Assembly: GCA_038279365.1 (NCBI GenBank)
Contig: JAYODI010000020.1
Coordinates: forward strand, 19,956-67,445
Length of the DNA stretch: 47,490 nucleotides
Source of the DNA: Candidatus Latescibacterota bacterium
GTDB taxonomy: Bacteria > Latescibacterota > UBA2968
Direction of reading: 5' to 3'
Below are positions 1 to 9,883 of the stretch, piece after piece (position 1 is the stretch's first letter; each line of letters opens with the position of its first letter). The position numbers were made by a program, and so were the translations under genes. The notes under the pieces were generated by a model. The model searched no databases, had not been told where the DNA came from, and worked only from the letters and a program-made list of their open reading frames with translations.

Positions 1-132
1 AGCGAATTAGCGAATTAGCGAATCAACGAATCAGCGAATCAACGAATCAGCGAATCAACGCACAGGCGAAGCCTACAACGAGCGTAGCGAGTAATCTACG
101 AATCAAGGTTTTTCGTCTATTCGCCCATTCAT
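1..132. repeat. 8-bp tandem repeat (A[G/A]CGAAT[T/C]) running off the left edge, with a short inverted counterpart
   Basis: agcgaatt agcgaatt agcgaatc aacgaatc agcgaatc aacgaatc agcgaatc at 1-56; attcgcccattc at ~119-130 is the reverse-complement type; small hairpin aggcgaagcct in between. Confidence 0.8.
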
Positions 133-1394
133 TAACGGGTGCTTTCGATTGCATTTGTGAAGGTATCGAGTGCTTCATCAATGTGGTCTTTGGTGATGAT
201 GAGCGGCGGAATCCAACGAATGACGTTGCCATAGGTGCCACAAGTGAGCAATAACAAGCCTGCTTTTTCACAGGCACTGCCAATGGCTTTGGCACGTTCG
301 GCATTGGGGTGACCGGGTGCGCCCAATTCGGTGGCAATCATGAGGCCTTTGCCTCGGATGTCGCCGATTTCGTCAAATCGTTTTTGCAAATCGCGTAAGC
401 GGGTTTGTAAATAAGTGCCCATTTCTTGGGCATTGTCAATAAGGTGGTCATCTTGAATGGCTCCAATGGTGGCGATGGCGGCGGCCATAACAATGGCATT
501 GCCCCCGCCATAGGTGCCGCCGTGAGAACCAGGCACCCATTTGTTCATGTGGGCACGCGGGGCCACAATGGCCGATAAAGGCATGCCAGAAGCAATGCCT
601 TTGGCCAAGGTCATGATGTCGGGCGTGACGCCACTGGGTTGGTGTGCCCACCACGTGCCTGTACGGCCAAAGCCAGATTGGATTTCGTCGAAGATGAGCA
701 TGATGCCGTGTTGGTCACAGATGTCACGCAGACCTTTTAGGAAAGCGGTGGGGGCGGGTACATAACCGCCTTCGCCTAAGATGGGTTCAATGATGATGGC
801 GGCTGTTTCTTCGGGGGCTGTTTGGCTTTTGAGCATGGTTTGAAGCTCGCGCAAGCAAAATGCCACGGTGGTTTTTTCGTCCCAGCCGTAATAATAGGCA
901 TAGGGAAAGGGGGCAAAGAAGATGCCCGATGGGAGCGGTTGAAACCCTGCGCGATAGACCGTTTTGCTGCCGGTGAGGGCCATGGTGAGTGCGGTGCGCC
1001 CGTGGAAGCCACCCTGAAAGGCGATGATGTTGGTGCGACCTGTTACGGCTTTGGCCAGTTTGATGGCGCCTTCAACGGCTTCGGCACCGCTGTTGGAAAA
1101 GAAAAAACTGTCTAAATTTTGGGGTAAAATAGGACGCAATGCGTCGGTGAGTTTTAAAACCGGTTCGGAGATGACACAGTTCATTTGCCCAAAAATGAGG
1201 TTTTGGGCTTGTTGTTGAATGGCCTCTACAACCCGTGGATGACAATGCCCGGTGTTGGTCACACCGATGCCACAGGTAAAGTCGAGGAGGCGTTGCCCGG
1301 TGTTGGTGTAGAGGTAAGGGCCTTCACCACGTACGATGACCGCTTGGCTTAAATGGGTCCACACGGGTGAAAGGTTGTTGAGCGATGTGTTCAT
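132..1394 (-). CDS. Class III PLP-dependent aminotransferase (4-aminobutyrate aminotransferase-like)
   Basis: NSGAEAVEGAIKLA, FHGRT, EPILGEGG, DEIQSGFGRTG, TLAKGIASG (PLP Lys), HGGTYGG motifs. Confidence 0.9.
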   Translation of the reverse strand: MNTSLNNLSPVWTHLSQAVIVRGEGPYLYTNTGQRLLDFTCGIGVTNTGHCHPRVVEAIQQQAQNLIFGQMNCVISEPVLKLTDALRPILPQNLDSFFFSNSGAEAVEGAIKLAKAVTGRTNIIAFQGGFHGRTALTMALTGSKTVYRAGFQPLPSGIFFAPFPYAYYYGWDEKTTVAFCLRELQTMLKSQTAPEETAAIIIEPILGEGGYVPAPTAFLKGLRDICDQHGIMLIFDEIQSGFGRTGTWWAHQPSGVTPDIMTLAKGIASGMPLSAIVAPRAHMNKWVPGSHGGTYGGGNAIVMAAAIATIGAIQDDHLIDNAQEMGTYLQTRLRDLQKRFDEIGDIRGKGLMIATELGAPGHPNAERAKAIGSACEKAGLLLLTCGTYGNVIRWIPPLIITKDHIDEALDTFTNAIESTR

Positions 1395-1403
1395 AGGGTG
1401 TCC

Positions 1404-2048
1404 TTATACAGTTTTGTGAGCGGGCAATACAATGAGTATGCCACAGTTGCCACACTGCGGATCGGTGACATAGTTTTTGACGAGGGCGCGAATTTCGAAT
1501 CCTAAGCGCATTTGTGCAGTAACTGTTGGGTCTGTGATGTGGCCATCTCGCACATTTTCAAAGTAGGTTTCGGGTGTCATCTGATTTTGATAGGTTGCAT
1601 ACCCGTTCATCATGCCCACGGTGACTTGGCCTTGGAGATGTAAGGTGTGAACGGTGTGGTGCCGCGCGGCATATAATCCACGCGCAATGCCTTGGCGGCG
1701 AAAGTCTGGATGGGTGCCGATGTCGGCACCGTATAACCACTGACCATTGGGTTGGTGCGATGTGAGCCAACCGCCTTGAATCATGTCGGCAAAGGTATGG
1801 TGAATGTGATCAAAATCAAAGTTGTAGCGAATGGATGAAGTCATTCCGACCACTTTGTCTTGGTAGAGGGCGACAAATTGTCCTTCGGGAAAGAGACGGA
1901 TGTGTTTGTGATAATGGGCTTTGGTAAAGCGTTCTTCGGGTGCGAGTGTTGGAAAGACGATTTCTTGCAATTTTTCGAGTTGTTCTGCGTGTTCGGGCTG
2001 TGTGGAGACAATTTGGATGCCCGATTCTAAGATGATTTTGTAGTTCAT
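1404..2048 (-). CDS. GNAT-family N-acetyltransferase (YkwB-like)
   Basis: HIRLFPEGQFVA and the acetyl-CoA loop HPDFRRQGIARGLY; ATG at 2048 preferred over the longer ORF start; 9 bp from the aminotransferase. Confidence 0.8.
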   Translation of the reverse strand: MNYKIILESGIQIVSTQPEHAEQLEKLQEIVFPTLAPEERFTKAHYHKHIRLFPEGQFVALYQDKVVGMTSSIRYNFDFDHIHHTFADMIQGGWLTSHQPNGQWLYGADIGTHPDFRRQGIARGLYAARHHTVHTLHLQGQVTVGMMNGYATYQNQMTPETYFENVRDGHITDPTVTAQMRLGFEIRALVKNYVTDPQCGNCGILIVLPAHKTV

Positions 2049-2585
2049 TGCAAGATTTTCTTCGCTTAAATGGGTGAGTGCGGACTGTGGGGAATCAAAT
2101 CCCAACTACGATGCAAAATACTTGCCAGAGATCTTAATTGTTTTTGGGTATAGCGTGTCTTTTTTTGTTTTCTATGAAACAACCCCTTTATAACCCAGAT
2201 CTAAAAAAAATACCGGATTTTGTGGATTATAAGTATCGGGTAACAAACGATAATTTTAAGCAATAGTCACGAAAAACATAGTTTTTTATATCCGTAACCT
2301 ATTTGGTGGTGTTACACAGATGTGCTGCACTGCGCCAAGTCGATCATATCGATAGGTCAATTGTTGTCATTGCTTCAGATATTGGATTGTGATGATGAGG
2401 TGGTTGTGGCGGATAAGAGATGATTTAAAAAGCGAGATATTGGATGATGAAGTAAAAACCGTTCTTTTTGAGAGCGGTTTTTTTGTGGCATGTTGTGATC
2501 GTTTTTTTGTGGAGATTGAACAATTTGTTTCATTCTATCAAATATCGATACATAAAATAAAGCATATAAATAAGGGTATTTGCTT

Positions 2586-2601
2586 CGGCACGTTCCTTGC
2601 C
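2586..2601 (+). promoter_or_regulatory. Putative sigma54 (-24/-12) promoter upstream of comM
   Basis: CGGCACGTTCCTTGCC = GG-N10-GC, close to the TGGCACG-N4-TTGC consensus. Confidence 0.5.
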
Positions 2602-2611
2602 TATTAAAGTC

Positions 2612-2701
2612 GGTCTCAGGTCTGCCGGTCACAAGTCACAGGTCAAAAAGTTTTTTAGATCCTGACGTGTGACTTGTAGATGTGAGACTTGTGACTGGAC
2701 T
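2612..2701. repeat. Heptamer-built palindromic element, copy A
   Basis: Left arm GGTCTCA GGTCTGCC GGTCACA AGTCACA GGTCA; right arm TGTGACT TGTAGATG TGAGACT TGTGACT. Confidence 0.8.
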
Positions 2702-2727
2702 TTGATCATTTTGATAAGGAGCGTTTT

Positions 2728-4266
2728 ATGACATCGCGTGTTTTGGGTTGTACAACTTTGGGTATTGATGCGTATGTGGTGCATGTGGAAACCGATATTG
2801 CCAATCAACTTCCCGCCTTTTCTGTGGTGGGGTTGCCCGATAGTGCGGTGAAAGAAAGCCGTGATCGGGTAACGGCGGCCATTAAAAATTCGGGCAGATT
2901 GTTTCCCAACCATCGCATTACAGTGAATTTGGCACCGGCAGATATTCGCAAAGAAGGTTCGGCTTTTGATTTGCCGATTGCTGTGGGCATTATGGCGGCG
3001 GCAGGTGGGCATATTTCACAAGAGAAGTTGTCGCAATATGCCATCTGGGGTGAGTTGGCCTTAGATGGTGAGGTTCGTTCGGTGCGCGGTGCACTGTCAA
3101 TGGCAGTAGAAGCCAAGCGCGTGGGTTTGAAGGGGATTTTGTTGCCTGTTGACAATGCCCATGAAGCGGCCATTGTGGGCGGGATTGATGTGTTGCCTGT
3201 GCGCGATTTGAGTGAGGCGTTGGATTTTTTAGAGGGCTATTGTGACATCGCACCCTTTGTGGTCGATATGGATGCGGTGTTTCGACAAGCCATGACCTAT
3301 CGGGTGGATTTTAAAGATGTGCGTGGGCAAGAGCATGCCAAACGTGCCCTTGAGGTGGCCGCCAGTGGGGGGCATAATTTGATTTTGTTGGGGCCACCGG
3401 GTTCTGGCAAGACGATGTTGGCAAAACGGTTGCCCACGATTTTGCCAGAGATGACGTTGGATGAATCTTTGGAGACAACGAAGATCCATTCGGTGGCGGG
3501 GCTGTTGCCTCCGCATACGGCATTGGTGGCCATTCGGCCTTTTCGATCGCCACACCACACGATTTCAGATGCGGGTTTGATTGGTGGTGGGCCTTACCCG
3601 CGACCAGGAGAAGTGTCTTTGTCTCATCATGGGGTGTTGTTTTTGGATGAATTGCCCGAGTTTAAAAAGCAGGTGTTGGAAAGTTTACGTCAGCCGATTG
3701 AGGACAGTTTTGTCACGATTTCTCGGGCGGCGATGTCGCTGACTTATCCGGCGCGATTTATGATGGTGTGTGCGATGAACCCATGCCCTTGTGGGCATTT
3801 GGGTGACCCGAATCATGAATGTATTTGCTCGCCGCCGCTGATTCAGCGGTACGTGAGCCGTATCTCTGGGCCACTCATGGATCGCATAGATATTCATGTT
3901 GAAGTGCCTGCGGTGAAATATGATGATTTGTCGCGTGAGCCGACGGGTGAGTGTTCTGAGAAGATTCGACAACGGGTGCAAGTGGCTCGGGAGCGTCAGT
4001 TGCATCGGTTTCGAGATTATCCGCATTTGTTTAGCAATGCGCATATGGGGCCACAGGAGATTCGGGCGTTTTGCAAAATTGATGGCAAGAGCGAAGAATT
4101 GCTCAAAATGGCGATTACACGACTGGGTTTATCGGCTCGGGCGTATGATCGGATTTTGAAGGCGAGTAGAACGATTGCCGATTTGGAAGGTGAGGTGGAT
4201 ATCAAGTCGCAACACGTGGCGGAGGCGATTCAATATCGGAGTTTGGATAGGAAATTGTGGGAGTAA
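2728..4266 (+). CDS. comM: YifB/ComM Mg-chelatase-like AAA+ ATPase
   Basis: [34 protein letters not shown], Walker [44 protein letters not shown]. Confidence 0.95.
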   Translation: MTSRVLGCTTLGIDAYVVHVETDIANQLPAFSVVGLPDSAVKESRDRVTAAIKNSGRLFPNHRITVNLAPADIRKEGSAFDLPIAVGIMAAAGGHISQEKLSQYAIWGELALDGEVRSVRGALSMAVEAKRVGLKGILLPVDNAHEAAIVGGIDVLPVRDLSEALDFLEGYCDIAPFVVDMDAVFRQAMTYRVDFKDVRGQEHAKRALEVAASGGHNLILLGPPGSGKTMLAKRLPTILPEMTLDESLETTKIHSVAGLLPPHTALVAIRPFRSPHHTISDAGLIGGGPYPRPGEVSLSHHGVLFLDELPEFKKQVLESLRQPIEDSFVTISRAAMSLTYPARFMMVCAMNPCPCGHLGDPNHECICSPPLIQRYVSRISGPLMDRIDIHVEVPAVKYDDLSREPTGECSEKIRQRVQVARERQLHRFRDYPHLFSNAHMGPQEIRAFCKIDGKSEELLKMAITRLGLSARAYDRILKASRTIADLEGEVDIKSQHVAEAIQYRSLDRKLWE

Positions 4267-4283
4267 ATTTACACTTGTTTAAC

Positions 4284-4298
4284 TAAGCCAATGGCGTA
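4284..4298 (+). promoter_or_regulatory. Palindromic operator of the TA operon, overlapping a TATACT -10-like box
   Basis: TAAGCCA-A-TGGCGTA near-perfect inverted repeat directly before the toxin ATG. Confidence 0.55.
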
Positions 4299-4303
4299 TA
4301 CTT

Positions 4304-4624
4304 ATGGTATTCATTGAAACATCGGCATTTAGCCATTATATTCAAAAATTACTTACAGATGATCAGTATTCTGAACTCCAGCGATATTTAATACGCTACC
4401 CTGATGCAGGTGCTATTATTCAAGCAAGTGGCGGATTACGCAAGATTCGTTGGGCTGTTTCGGGGCGTGGTAAGCGTGGCGGAGTACGTGTTATTTATTA
4501 TTGGGTTATACAACGTGAGCAAATGCTTATGCTTTTGATTTATCCTAAAAGTGAGCGGGATAATTTAACTGTGGCGCAATTAAATGCTTTGAGGCGTGTT
4601 GTTGAAGGGTATCCAAGCCAATGA
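4304..4624 (+). CDS. Type II toxin, RelE/HigB family
   Basis: GGLRKIRW...GKRGGVRVIYY...YPKSERDNL; toxin-first gene order. Confidence 0.9.
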   Translation: MVFIETSAFSHYIQKLLTDDQYSELQRYLIRYPDAGAIIQASGGLRKIRWAVSGRGKRGGVRVIYYWVIQREQMLMLLIYPKSERDNLTVAQLNALRRVVEGYPSQ

Positions 4625-4911
4625 GAAAAGAATTATTCGATGATTTGCTCGAAAGTGTGCGTGAAGCAGGTGCTATCCTGCGAGGAGAAAAGGCACCCAG
4701 CCGCGTGTTTGAATATACACCTTTGGACATTAAAGCTATTCGTGGGAAGCTGAACAAGTCACAACGTGAGTTTGCGCTCATGATTGGTGTGAGTACGTCA
4801 ACGCTACAAAACTGGGAGCAAGGGCGCCGGACACCTCGTGGACCTGCGCGTGCTCTATTAAAGGTTGCAGAAAAAAACCCACAAGCCGTTGCAGACGCTC
4901 TTGAAATTTGA
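4621..4911 (+). CDS. HigA/NadS-like HTH antitoxin
   Basis: SQREFALMIGVSTSTLQNWEQGRRTPRGPARALL; ATGA overlap with the toxin. Confidence 0.9.
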   Translation: MRKELFDDLLESVREAGAILRGEKAPSRVFEYTPLDIKAIRGKLNKSQREFALMIGVSTSTLQNWEQGRRTPRGPARALLKVAEKNPQAVADALEI

Positions 4912-4937
4912 ATGCTATAAATGGAGAGATGAGACTT

Positions 4938-5195
4938 ATGCCTCAATATTGTTTTTCTGTGATTGTGCCTATTATGCTCGTGTATCACGATAAAATTCTT
5001 GATGCGACAGATGCTTTAGGGCAAGCTGGGTGTACTGATGCCTCTATCCGAGGCCATGCTGATGGCATGGAGGTTATGTTTGAATGAGCGGCTGATACGT
5101 TACAAGATGCAATGTCCTCAGCAATTTCTGATGTTGAACGAGCGGGATTTCACGTTGCAAAAGTTGAGTTAGAACGAGAAGCGATTATGGTGTAG
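4938..5195 (+). pseudogene. Small TA-associated-type protein interrupted by a nonsense codon
   Basis: MPQYCFSVIV...DALGQAGCTDASIRGHADGMEVMFE*AADTLQDAMSSAISDVERAGFHVAKVE...; single in-frame TGA at 5085-5087; absent from the ORF track. Confidence 0.65.
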
Positions 5196-5213
5196 TGGCG
5201 TTAAGCTCAATCA

Positions 5214-5276
5214 TTGTTAAAAGTTGCCGAGAAAAACCCACAAGCTGTTGCCGAAGCACTTGAAATTAGAATTTAA
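5214..5276 (+). pseudogene. 3' remnant of a second HigA/NadS-like antitoxin
   Basis: Encodes LLKVAEKNPQAVAEALEI versus LLKVAEKNPQAVADALEI at the end of 4621-4911; differences are mostly synonymous. Confidence 0.75.
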
Positions 5277-5291
5277 AATTGGGAAATATCA

Positions 5292-7097
5292 GTGCCTTTA
5301 AATATTCTTCAAACCGTTTTTGGTTACGATCAGTTTCGATTGCAGCAAGAAGCCATTATTCAACGTCTTTTAGAGGGTAAAAATGCAGCGGTGATTATGC
5401 CCACGGGAGGTGGGAAATCGATTTGTTACCAAATTCCGGCTCTGATGCGTAAAGGCACGGCCATTGTGGTTTCACCGTTGATTTCTTTGATGCAAGATCA
5501 GGTGGATGCGCTGAAGCAGTTGGATATATGTGCGGAATATCTCAACTCCAATTTGGATGGTGGGCAACAATATCGGGTGATTCAAACATTTTTGAGTGGC
5601 AAACTGGATTTGCTCTATGTGGCACCCGAGCGGTTGATGATGCCCGATTTTTTGGATTTGTTGACGCGTGTTGAAATCGCCCTATTGGCCATTGATGAGG
5701 CGCATTGCATTTCGCAGTGGGGGCACGATTTTCGCCCTGAATATCGGAAGCTTACCGAAGTGCGCAATCGGTTTCCGCATGTGCCTTGTATTGCGGCAAC
5801 GGCCACCGCAGATGGGCCGACGCGCCGAGAAATTGTTCAGCAGTTGAATATTGAAGATGATGGGCTTTTTGTTGCGGGTTTTGACCGCCCGAATATTCGT
5901 TATACGGTGGTGCCCAAAAAGAGTGCCAAGCAACAACTGTTGGATTTTATTCGCACAGAACATCCAACAGATGCGGGCATTGTATATTGTTTGTCTCGGC
6001 GCAAAGTGGAAGATGTGGCCGATTGGTTGGTGGCACAAGGGCACACGGCAGTGCCTTATCATGCAGGTTTATCTGCCGAACAACGCCAAGCCAATCAAGA
6101 TCGTTTTTTGAAAGAAGAAGGGCTGATTGTGGTGGCGACCATTGCTTTTGGGATGGGCATTGACAAGCCCAATGTGCGTTTTGTGGCACATTTGGACATT
6201 CCCAAAAGCCCCGAGTCGTATTATCAGGAAACGGGGCGGGCTGGGCGAGATGGGTTGCCGGCCCATGCTTGGATGACTTATGGGTTGGCCGATGTGGTGT
6301 TGATGCAAAAGATTTTGGCCGACTCAGAAGCGGGTGAAGCGCACAAACGCGTGGAGGGGCACAAGTTTAATGCACTTGTGGGATATTGCGAATCTGTGCA
6401 GTGTCGTCGGCAAATATTATTGAATTATTTTGGCGATGTGTTGCCTGAGCCTTGTGGCAATTGTGATACGTGTTTGGTGCCTGTTGAAACATTTGATGGC
6501 ACAGTGGCGGCACAGAAAGTGCTATCTTGTGTGCATCGTACGGGGCAACGTTTTGGTGCTGGTCATATTGTGGATGTACTTTTGGGAAAATTGACGGATA
6601 AAGTTGAGAGCTTTGGGCATCACAAACTCAGTACGTTTGGCATTGGAGAAGAGTATAAGGTATCCCAATGGCGTGCCATTATCCGTCAGTTGGTAACGTC
6701 TAACCACTTGTGTATTGATATAGATGGATATGGTGGTTTGAGATTGACGCAGGAAAGTGTGGCGGTTTTGAAGGGTGAAAAGCAGGTTCGCTTTCGCAAA
6801 GATCCAAAACCTGAGTCGCGAAGTCGCAAAAAAGAAAAAACAAGCACAACAAAAAATGATTTGCTGGATGACCAAGCTCAGCCATTGTTTGATGCGCTAC
6901 GCGATTTGCGCCTTGAATTGGCGCGTGAGCAGGGCATTCCGCCTTATATCATTTTCCATGACAGCACGCTCATTGCTTTGGCTCAAAATCGCCCCAAAAC
7001 AGTGAAAGACTTGGGTTATATTCCTGGGATTGGTGCTGTGAAGTTAGAGCGTTATGGGGAAGCATTTTTGGACGTCATTTGTAATTACTCTGCATAA
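5292..7097 (+). CDS. recQ: ATP-dependent DNA helicase RecQ
   Basis: [36 protein letters not shown], Zn-binding Cys cluster, RQC and C-terminal HRDC ([11 protein letters not shown]). Confidence 0.97.
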   Translation: MPLNILQTVFGYDQFRLQQEAIIQRLLEGKNAAVIMPTGGGKSICYQIPALMRKGTAIVVSPLISLMQDQVDALKQLDICAEYLNSNLDGGQQYRVIQTFLSGKLDLLYVAPERLMMPDFLDLLTRVEIALLAIDEAHCISQWGHDFRPEYRKLTEVRNRFPHVPCIAATATADGPTRREIVQQLNIEDDGLFVAGFDRPNIRYTVVPKKSAKQQLLDFIRTEHPTDAGIVYCLSRRKVEDVADWLVAQGHTAVPYHAGLSAEQRQANQDRFLKEEGLIVVATIAFGMGIDKPNVRFVAHLDIPKSPESYYQETGRAGRDGLPAHAWMTYGLADVVLMQKILADSEAGEAHKRVEGHKFNALVGYCESVQCRRQILLNYFGDVLPEPCGNCDTCLVPVETFDGTVAAQKVLSCVHRTGQRFGAGHIVDVLLGKLTDKVESFGHHKLSTFGIGEEYKVSQWRAIIRQLVTSNHLCIDIDGYGGLRLTQESVAVLKGEKQVRFRKDPKPESRSRKKEKTSTTKNDLLDDQAQPLFDALRDLRLELAREQGIPPYIIFHDSTLIALAQNRPKTVKDLGYIPGIGAVKLERYGEAFLDVICNYSA

Positions 7098-7180
7098 CAT
7101 GGAATGGTAGATTGGAAACCTAAACACTTTGTCTTTTGTCATAAGAGGTAAATGGCATTCTATTATCTATGGAGGTGTGT

Positions 7181-7732
7181 ATGCCCAAAAGCAAAAGTGG
7201 AAGCAAGTCGGGAATGAATAAATTTCAGAAGAAGGCACACAAAAAGGGTGAATTTCGGGTGCGGCGTGAAGACGTGCCCCATTATTTGGCTTTGGCTGAA
7301 AGCGATAATCCCAAAGACCGATTTGAAGCGGCTGCCAATTTGTGTCCGTGCCACATTCGGCACCCTGTACCGGAAGTTCAAACGGCTTTGTTTCGATTGA
7401 TGGAAGATTCTGACCCTGAAGTGCGCGCGCGTGCCTGGCATACTTTAGATGATGGTGGTGTGCCCAATGACCCACGCATGGAAGCGATTTTTGAGCGGAC
7501 CCGTGCAAATGAAACCGATAAACGTGTGTTGAACTTTTTAAAAACCTTGCAAAAAGAGAATTTGGAGCACAAAGAACGCACCATGCTCAAAATTGCAGCG
7601 CGTTCGGAATACGATCTAAAAGGAAAATGTGACTTTTGTGGTACAAACGGGCCCGTAAAGACCGATTATGAAACCGAAATACCTGATGGGGGGCATATTC
7701 GTTTTGCACTTATTTGCAAGGCTTGTGTGTAG
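7181..7732 (+). CDS. HEAT-repeat protein with CPCH motif and C-terminal CxxC..CxxC Zn ribbon
   Basis: GGAGG RBS before ATG 7181; HEAT-like LMEDSDPEVRARAWHTL; CDFC...CKAC. Confidence 0.65.
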   Translation: MPKSKSGSKSGMNKFQKKAHKKGEFRVRREDVPHYLALAESDNPKDRFEAAANLCPCHIRHPVPEVQTALFRLMEDSDPEVRARAWHTLDDGGVPNDPRMEAIFERTRANETDKRVLNFLKTLQKENLEHKERTMLKIAARSEYDLKGKCDFCGTNGPVKTDYETEIPDGGHIRFALICKACV

Positions 7733-7763
7733 GGTGGACAAGGTTTCATAAATCAATTATTAT

Positions 7764-7790
7764 AAAGGGGCGAATTTTTCGTCCCTTTTT
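7764..7790 (+). terminator. Intrinsic terminator-like hairpin
   Basis: AAAGGGGCGAA-ttt-TTCGTCCCTTT followed by T-rich sequence. Confidence 0.5.
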
Positions 7791-7817
7791 CTTTTGTATT
7801 TTAAACAAGGAGTGGAT

Positions 7818-8078
7818 ATGCGCATGTTAGAAGGACGGCCAGACATTGAATATCCTTGCCCGTGGCGTTTTAAGGTGATAGGGCGTGACGAAGCCCAAAT
7901 GAGGGGGGCAATTGATGAGGTTGTTGGCAATCATGAATATACCATTACCCTATCAAATCACAGTGCTCAAGGTACATATTGCAGTCTTAATTTGGAGATG
8001 ACCGTTATTAATGAACCACACCGAATCTACGTTTATACGGCATTGATGGAACATGACAGTACCAAAATTGTATTGTAG
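7818..8078 (+). CDS. DUF493/YbeD-family protein
   Basis: IEYPCPWRFKVIG...SAQGTYCSL; AGGAG RBS before ATG 7818. Confidence 0.85.
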   Translation: MRMLEGRPDIEYPCPWRFKVIGRDEAQMRGAIDEVVGNHEYTITLSNHSAQGTYCSLNLEMTVINEPHRIYVYTALMEHDSTKIVL

Positions 8079-8110
8079 GTTGGTTGGGATATTTTTGACC
8101 GTGTTTTAAC

Positions 8111-8139
8111 TTGACAAGTTCTTCCTTTTAATGCACTAT
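8111..8139 (+). promoter_or_regulatory. Possible sigma70 promoter of the oad operon
   Basis: TTGACA-N17-CACTAT. Confidence 0.4.
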
Positions 8140-8272
8140 TCATGCCGATTTCACTGCCACAAGAACGGTTTCTAAAATCTTTGTAATTTACTGTAAAATA
8201 ATTTTATAGGTTATGTGGCACGAGGGTGATGGTGGGGTGTATGGTGTTGTTTATTTGGTGGGGTTTTATCTG

Positions 8273-8533
8273 ATGAATGCGTTTCAATTTGGTGTGCAAA
8301 ACATTATTGATGGTCAAGGTGTGCCTATTGCATTGATGGGCATGGGCATTGTGTTTTGTGTGTTGGCTTTGATCAGTTTGTTTATTGCTTTGTTGCCAAA
8401 ATTGACGGCCATATTGGGGCGGTATTTCCCTGAGGCAGAGGTGCATGTATCTTCCTCACCTAAAGCATCTTCCAATGACTCGGTATTGGCTGCCATTGCT
8501 TATGTGTATCATATGCGTCGGTTAAAGAAATAG
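8273..8533 (+). CDS. oadG: Na+-translocating decarboxylase gamma subunit (OadG family)
   Basis: One TM helix (MGMGIVFCVLALISLFI) and C-terminal VLAAIA; directly before oadB; start uncertain (8213 possible). Confidence 0.8.
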   Translation: MNAFQFGVQNIIDGQGVPIALMGMGIVFCVLALISLFIALLPKLTAILGRYFPEAEVHVSSSPKASSNDSVLAAIAYVYHMRRLKK

Positions 8534-8562
8534 TAGCGGATAGATGTGAGGACGGATGGGTT

Positions 8563-9690
8563 ATGGAAATACTGGTCGAGTTTTTAGGAACAACAGGTTT
8601 TGCCAATTTGACATTTGGCAATGTGCTGATGATTGTGATTGGAATTACGTTTATTAACTTGGCCATTACCAAGCATTATGAGCCGTTGCTGTTGTTGCCG
8701 ATTGGTTTTGGAATGGTGGTGGGCAATGTACCGTCTATTGCCAGTATGGCCTTGGGGGTTTATGACGAAGGCAGTGTGTTACGCTATATTTATTTTGGCG
8801 TGACGTCGGGGATTTTTCCGCCCCTTATCTTTTTGGGCATTGGGGCGATGACCGATTTTTCGACCATGTTGTCGAATCCCAAATTGATTTTGTTGGGGGC
8901 TGCTGCGCAGATCGGTATTTTTTTGACATTAATTGGCGCGCTGTATTTGGGTTTTACGCCCGGAGAAGCGGGGGCCATTGGTATTATTGGTGGGGCTGAT
9001 GGACCGACGGCAATCTTTTTGTCGGCCAAATTGGCCCCACATCTTTTGGGGGCCATTGCCATTGCGGCCTATTCCTATATGGCCTTGGTGCCCGTGATTC
9101 AGCCCCCAATTATGAAGTTGCTCACAACCAAAAAAGAGCGTTTGATTCGGATGCCAGAACCGCGTCAAGTGTCGGTGCGTGAGCGGATTATGTTTCCCAT
9201 TGCAGGATTTTTGATTGCGGCCTTGATTGCACCGGGGGCGATGACTTTGCTGGGCATGTTGTTTTTTGGCAATTTGCTCAAGGAAAGTATGGTGACAGAT
9301 CGGTTGGCCGAATCGGCGCGTCATGCGTTGATTGATATTGTTACAATTTTGCTCGGGTTTTCTGTGGGTGCCAGCACACAAGCCCAAACGTTTTTGACCC
9401 CTCAATCTTTGCTTATTTTTGGATTGGGGGCTTTGTCTTTTGCGGTGGCAACTGCAGGCGGTGTGTTGTTTGCCAAGTTTATGAATTTGTTTCTTAAAGA
9501 TAAGATTAACCCACTTGTGGGGGCTGCTGGCGTGTCGGCGGTTCCTGATTCGGCACGTGTGGTCCAAATGGTGGGACAAGAAGCAGATCCGAATAACTTT
9601 TTATTGATGCATGCGATGGCGCCCAATGTGGCAGGGGTGATTGGTTCGGCTGTGGCGGCGGGTATTTTGTGGTCGGTGATGGTAAAGTAA
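8563..9690 (+). CDS. oadB: Na+-translocating decarboxylase beta subunit
   Basis: YEPLLLLPIGFG, FPPLIFLGIGAMTDF, IGIIGGADGPTAI, AIAAYSYMALVPVIQPP, HAMAPNVAGVIGSA. Confidence 0.95.
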   Translation: MEILVEFLGTTGFANLTFGNVLMIVIGITFINLAITKHYEPLLLLPIGFGMVVGNVPSIASMALGVYDEGSVLRYIYFGVTSGIFPPLIFLGIGAMTDFSTMLSNPKLILLGAAAQIGIFLTLIGALYLGFTPGEAGAIGIIGGADGPTAIFLSAKLAPHLLGAIAIAAYSYMALVPVIQPPIMKLLTTKKERLIRMPEPRQVSVRERIMFPIAGFLIAALIAPGAMTLLGMLFFGNLLKESMVTDRLAESARHALIDIVTILLGFSVGASTQAQTFLTPQSLLIFGLGALSFAVATAGGVLFAKFMNLFLKDKINPLVGAAGVSAVPDSARVVQMVGQEADPNNFLLMHAMAPNVAGVIGSAVAAGILWSVMVK

Positions 9691-9768
9691 ACGCAGCGAG
9701 AAGAGAGAAAAGACGAGAGCAGTAAAAGCAATAAGAATAAGGCATATTAAAATAACGTTCTAAAAAAT

Positions 9769-9861
9769 CGTCGCAGGTCAGAAGTTGCAGGTCAAAGACA
9801 AAACCTGTTGAGTGGGTGTCTTGGTTTAGACTTGTGATTTTAGACCTGCGACCTGTTGACT
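9769..9861. repeat. Heptamer-built palindromic element, copy B
   Basis: CGTCGCA GGTCAGA AGTTGCA GGTCA ... TGTGATT TTAGACC TGCGACC TGTTGACT. Confidence 0.7.
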
Positions 9862-9883
9862 GTTTTTTGAAAAGAGTTTGGTT

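Noticed and set aside
2375-2632. Short ORFs on both strands of the GNAT-comM intergenic region
   Set aside because: No recognisable motifs; they overlap a terminator-like hairpin (~2454-2484), a promoter and a repeat.
2612-2701. Heptamer elements as CRISPR arrays or integron attC sites
   Set aside because: No unique spacers, no RYYYAAC/GTTRRRY ends, and no integrase in the window.
5085-5087. Selenocysteine or recoded TGA
   Set aside because: No Cys-type redox context or evident SECIS hairpin; TGA is a normal stop in other genes here.
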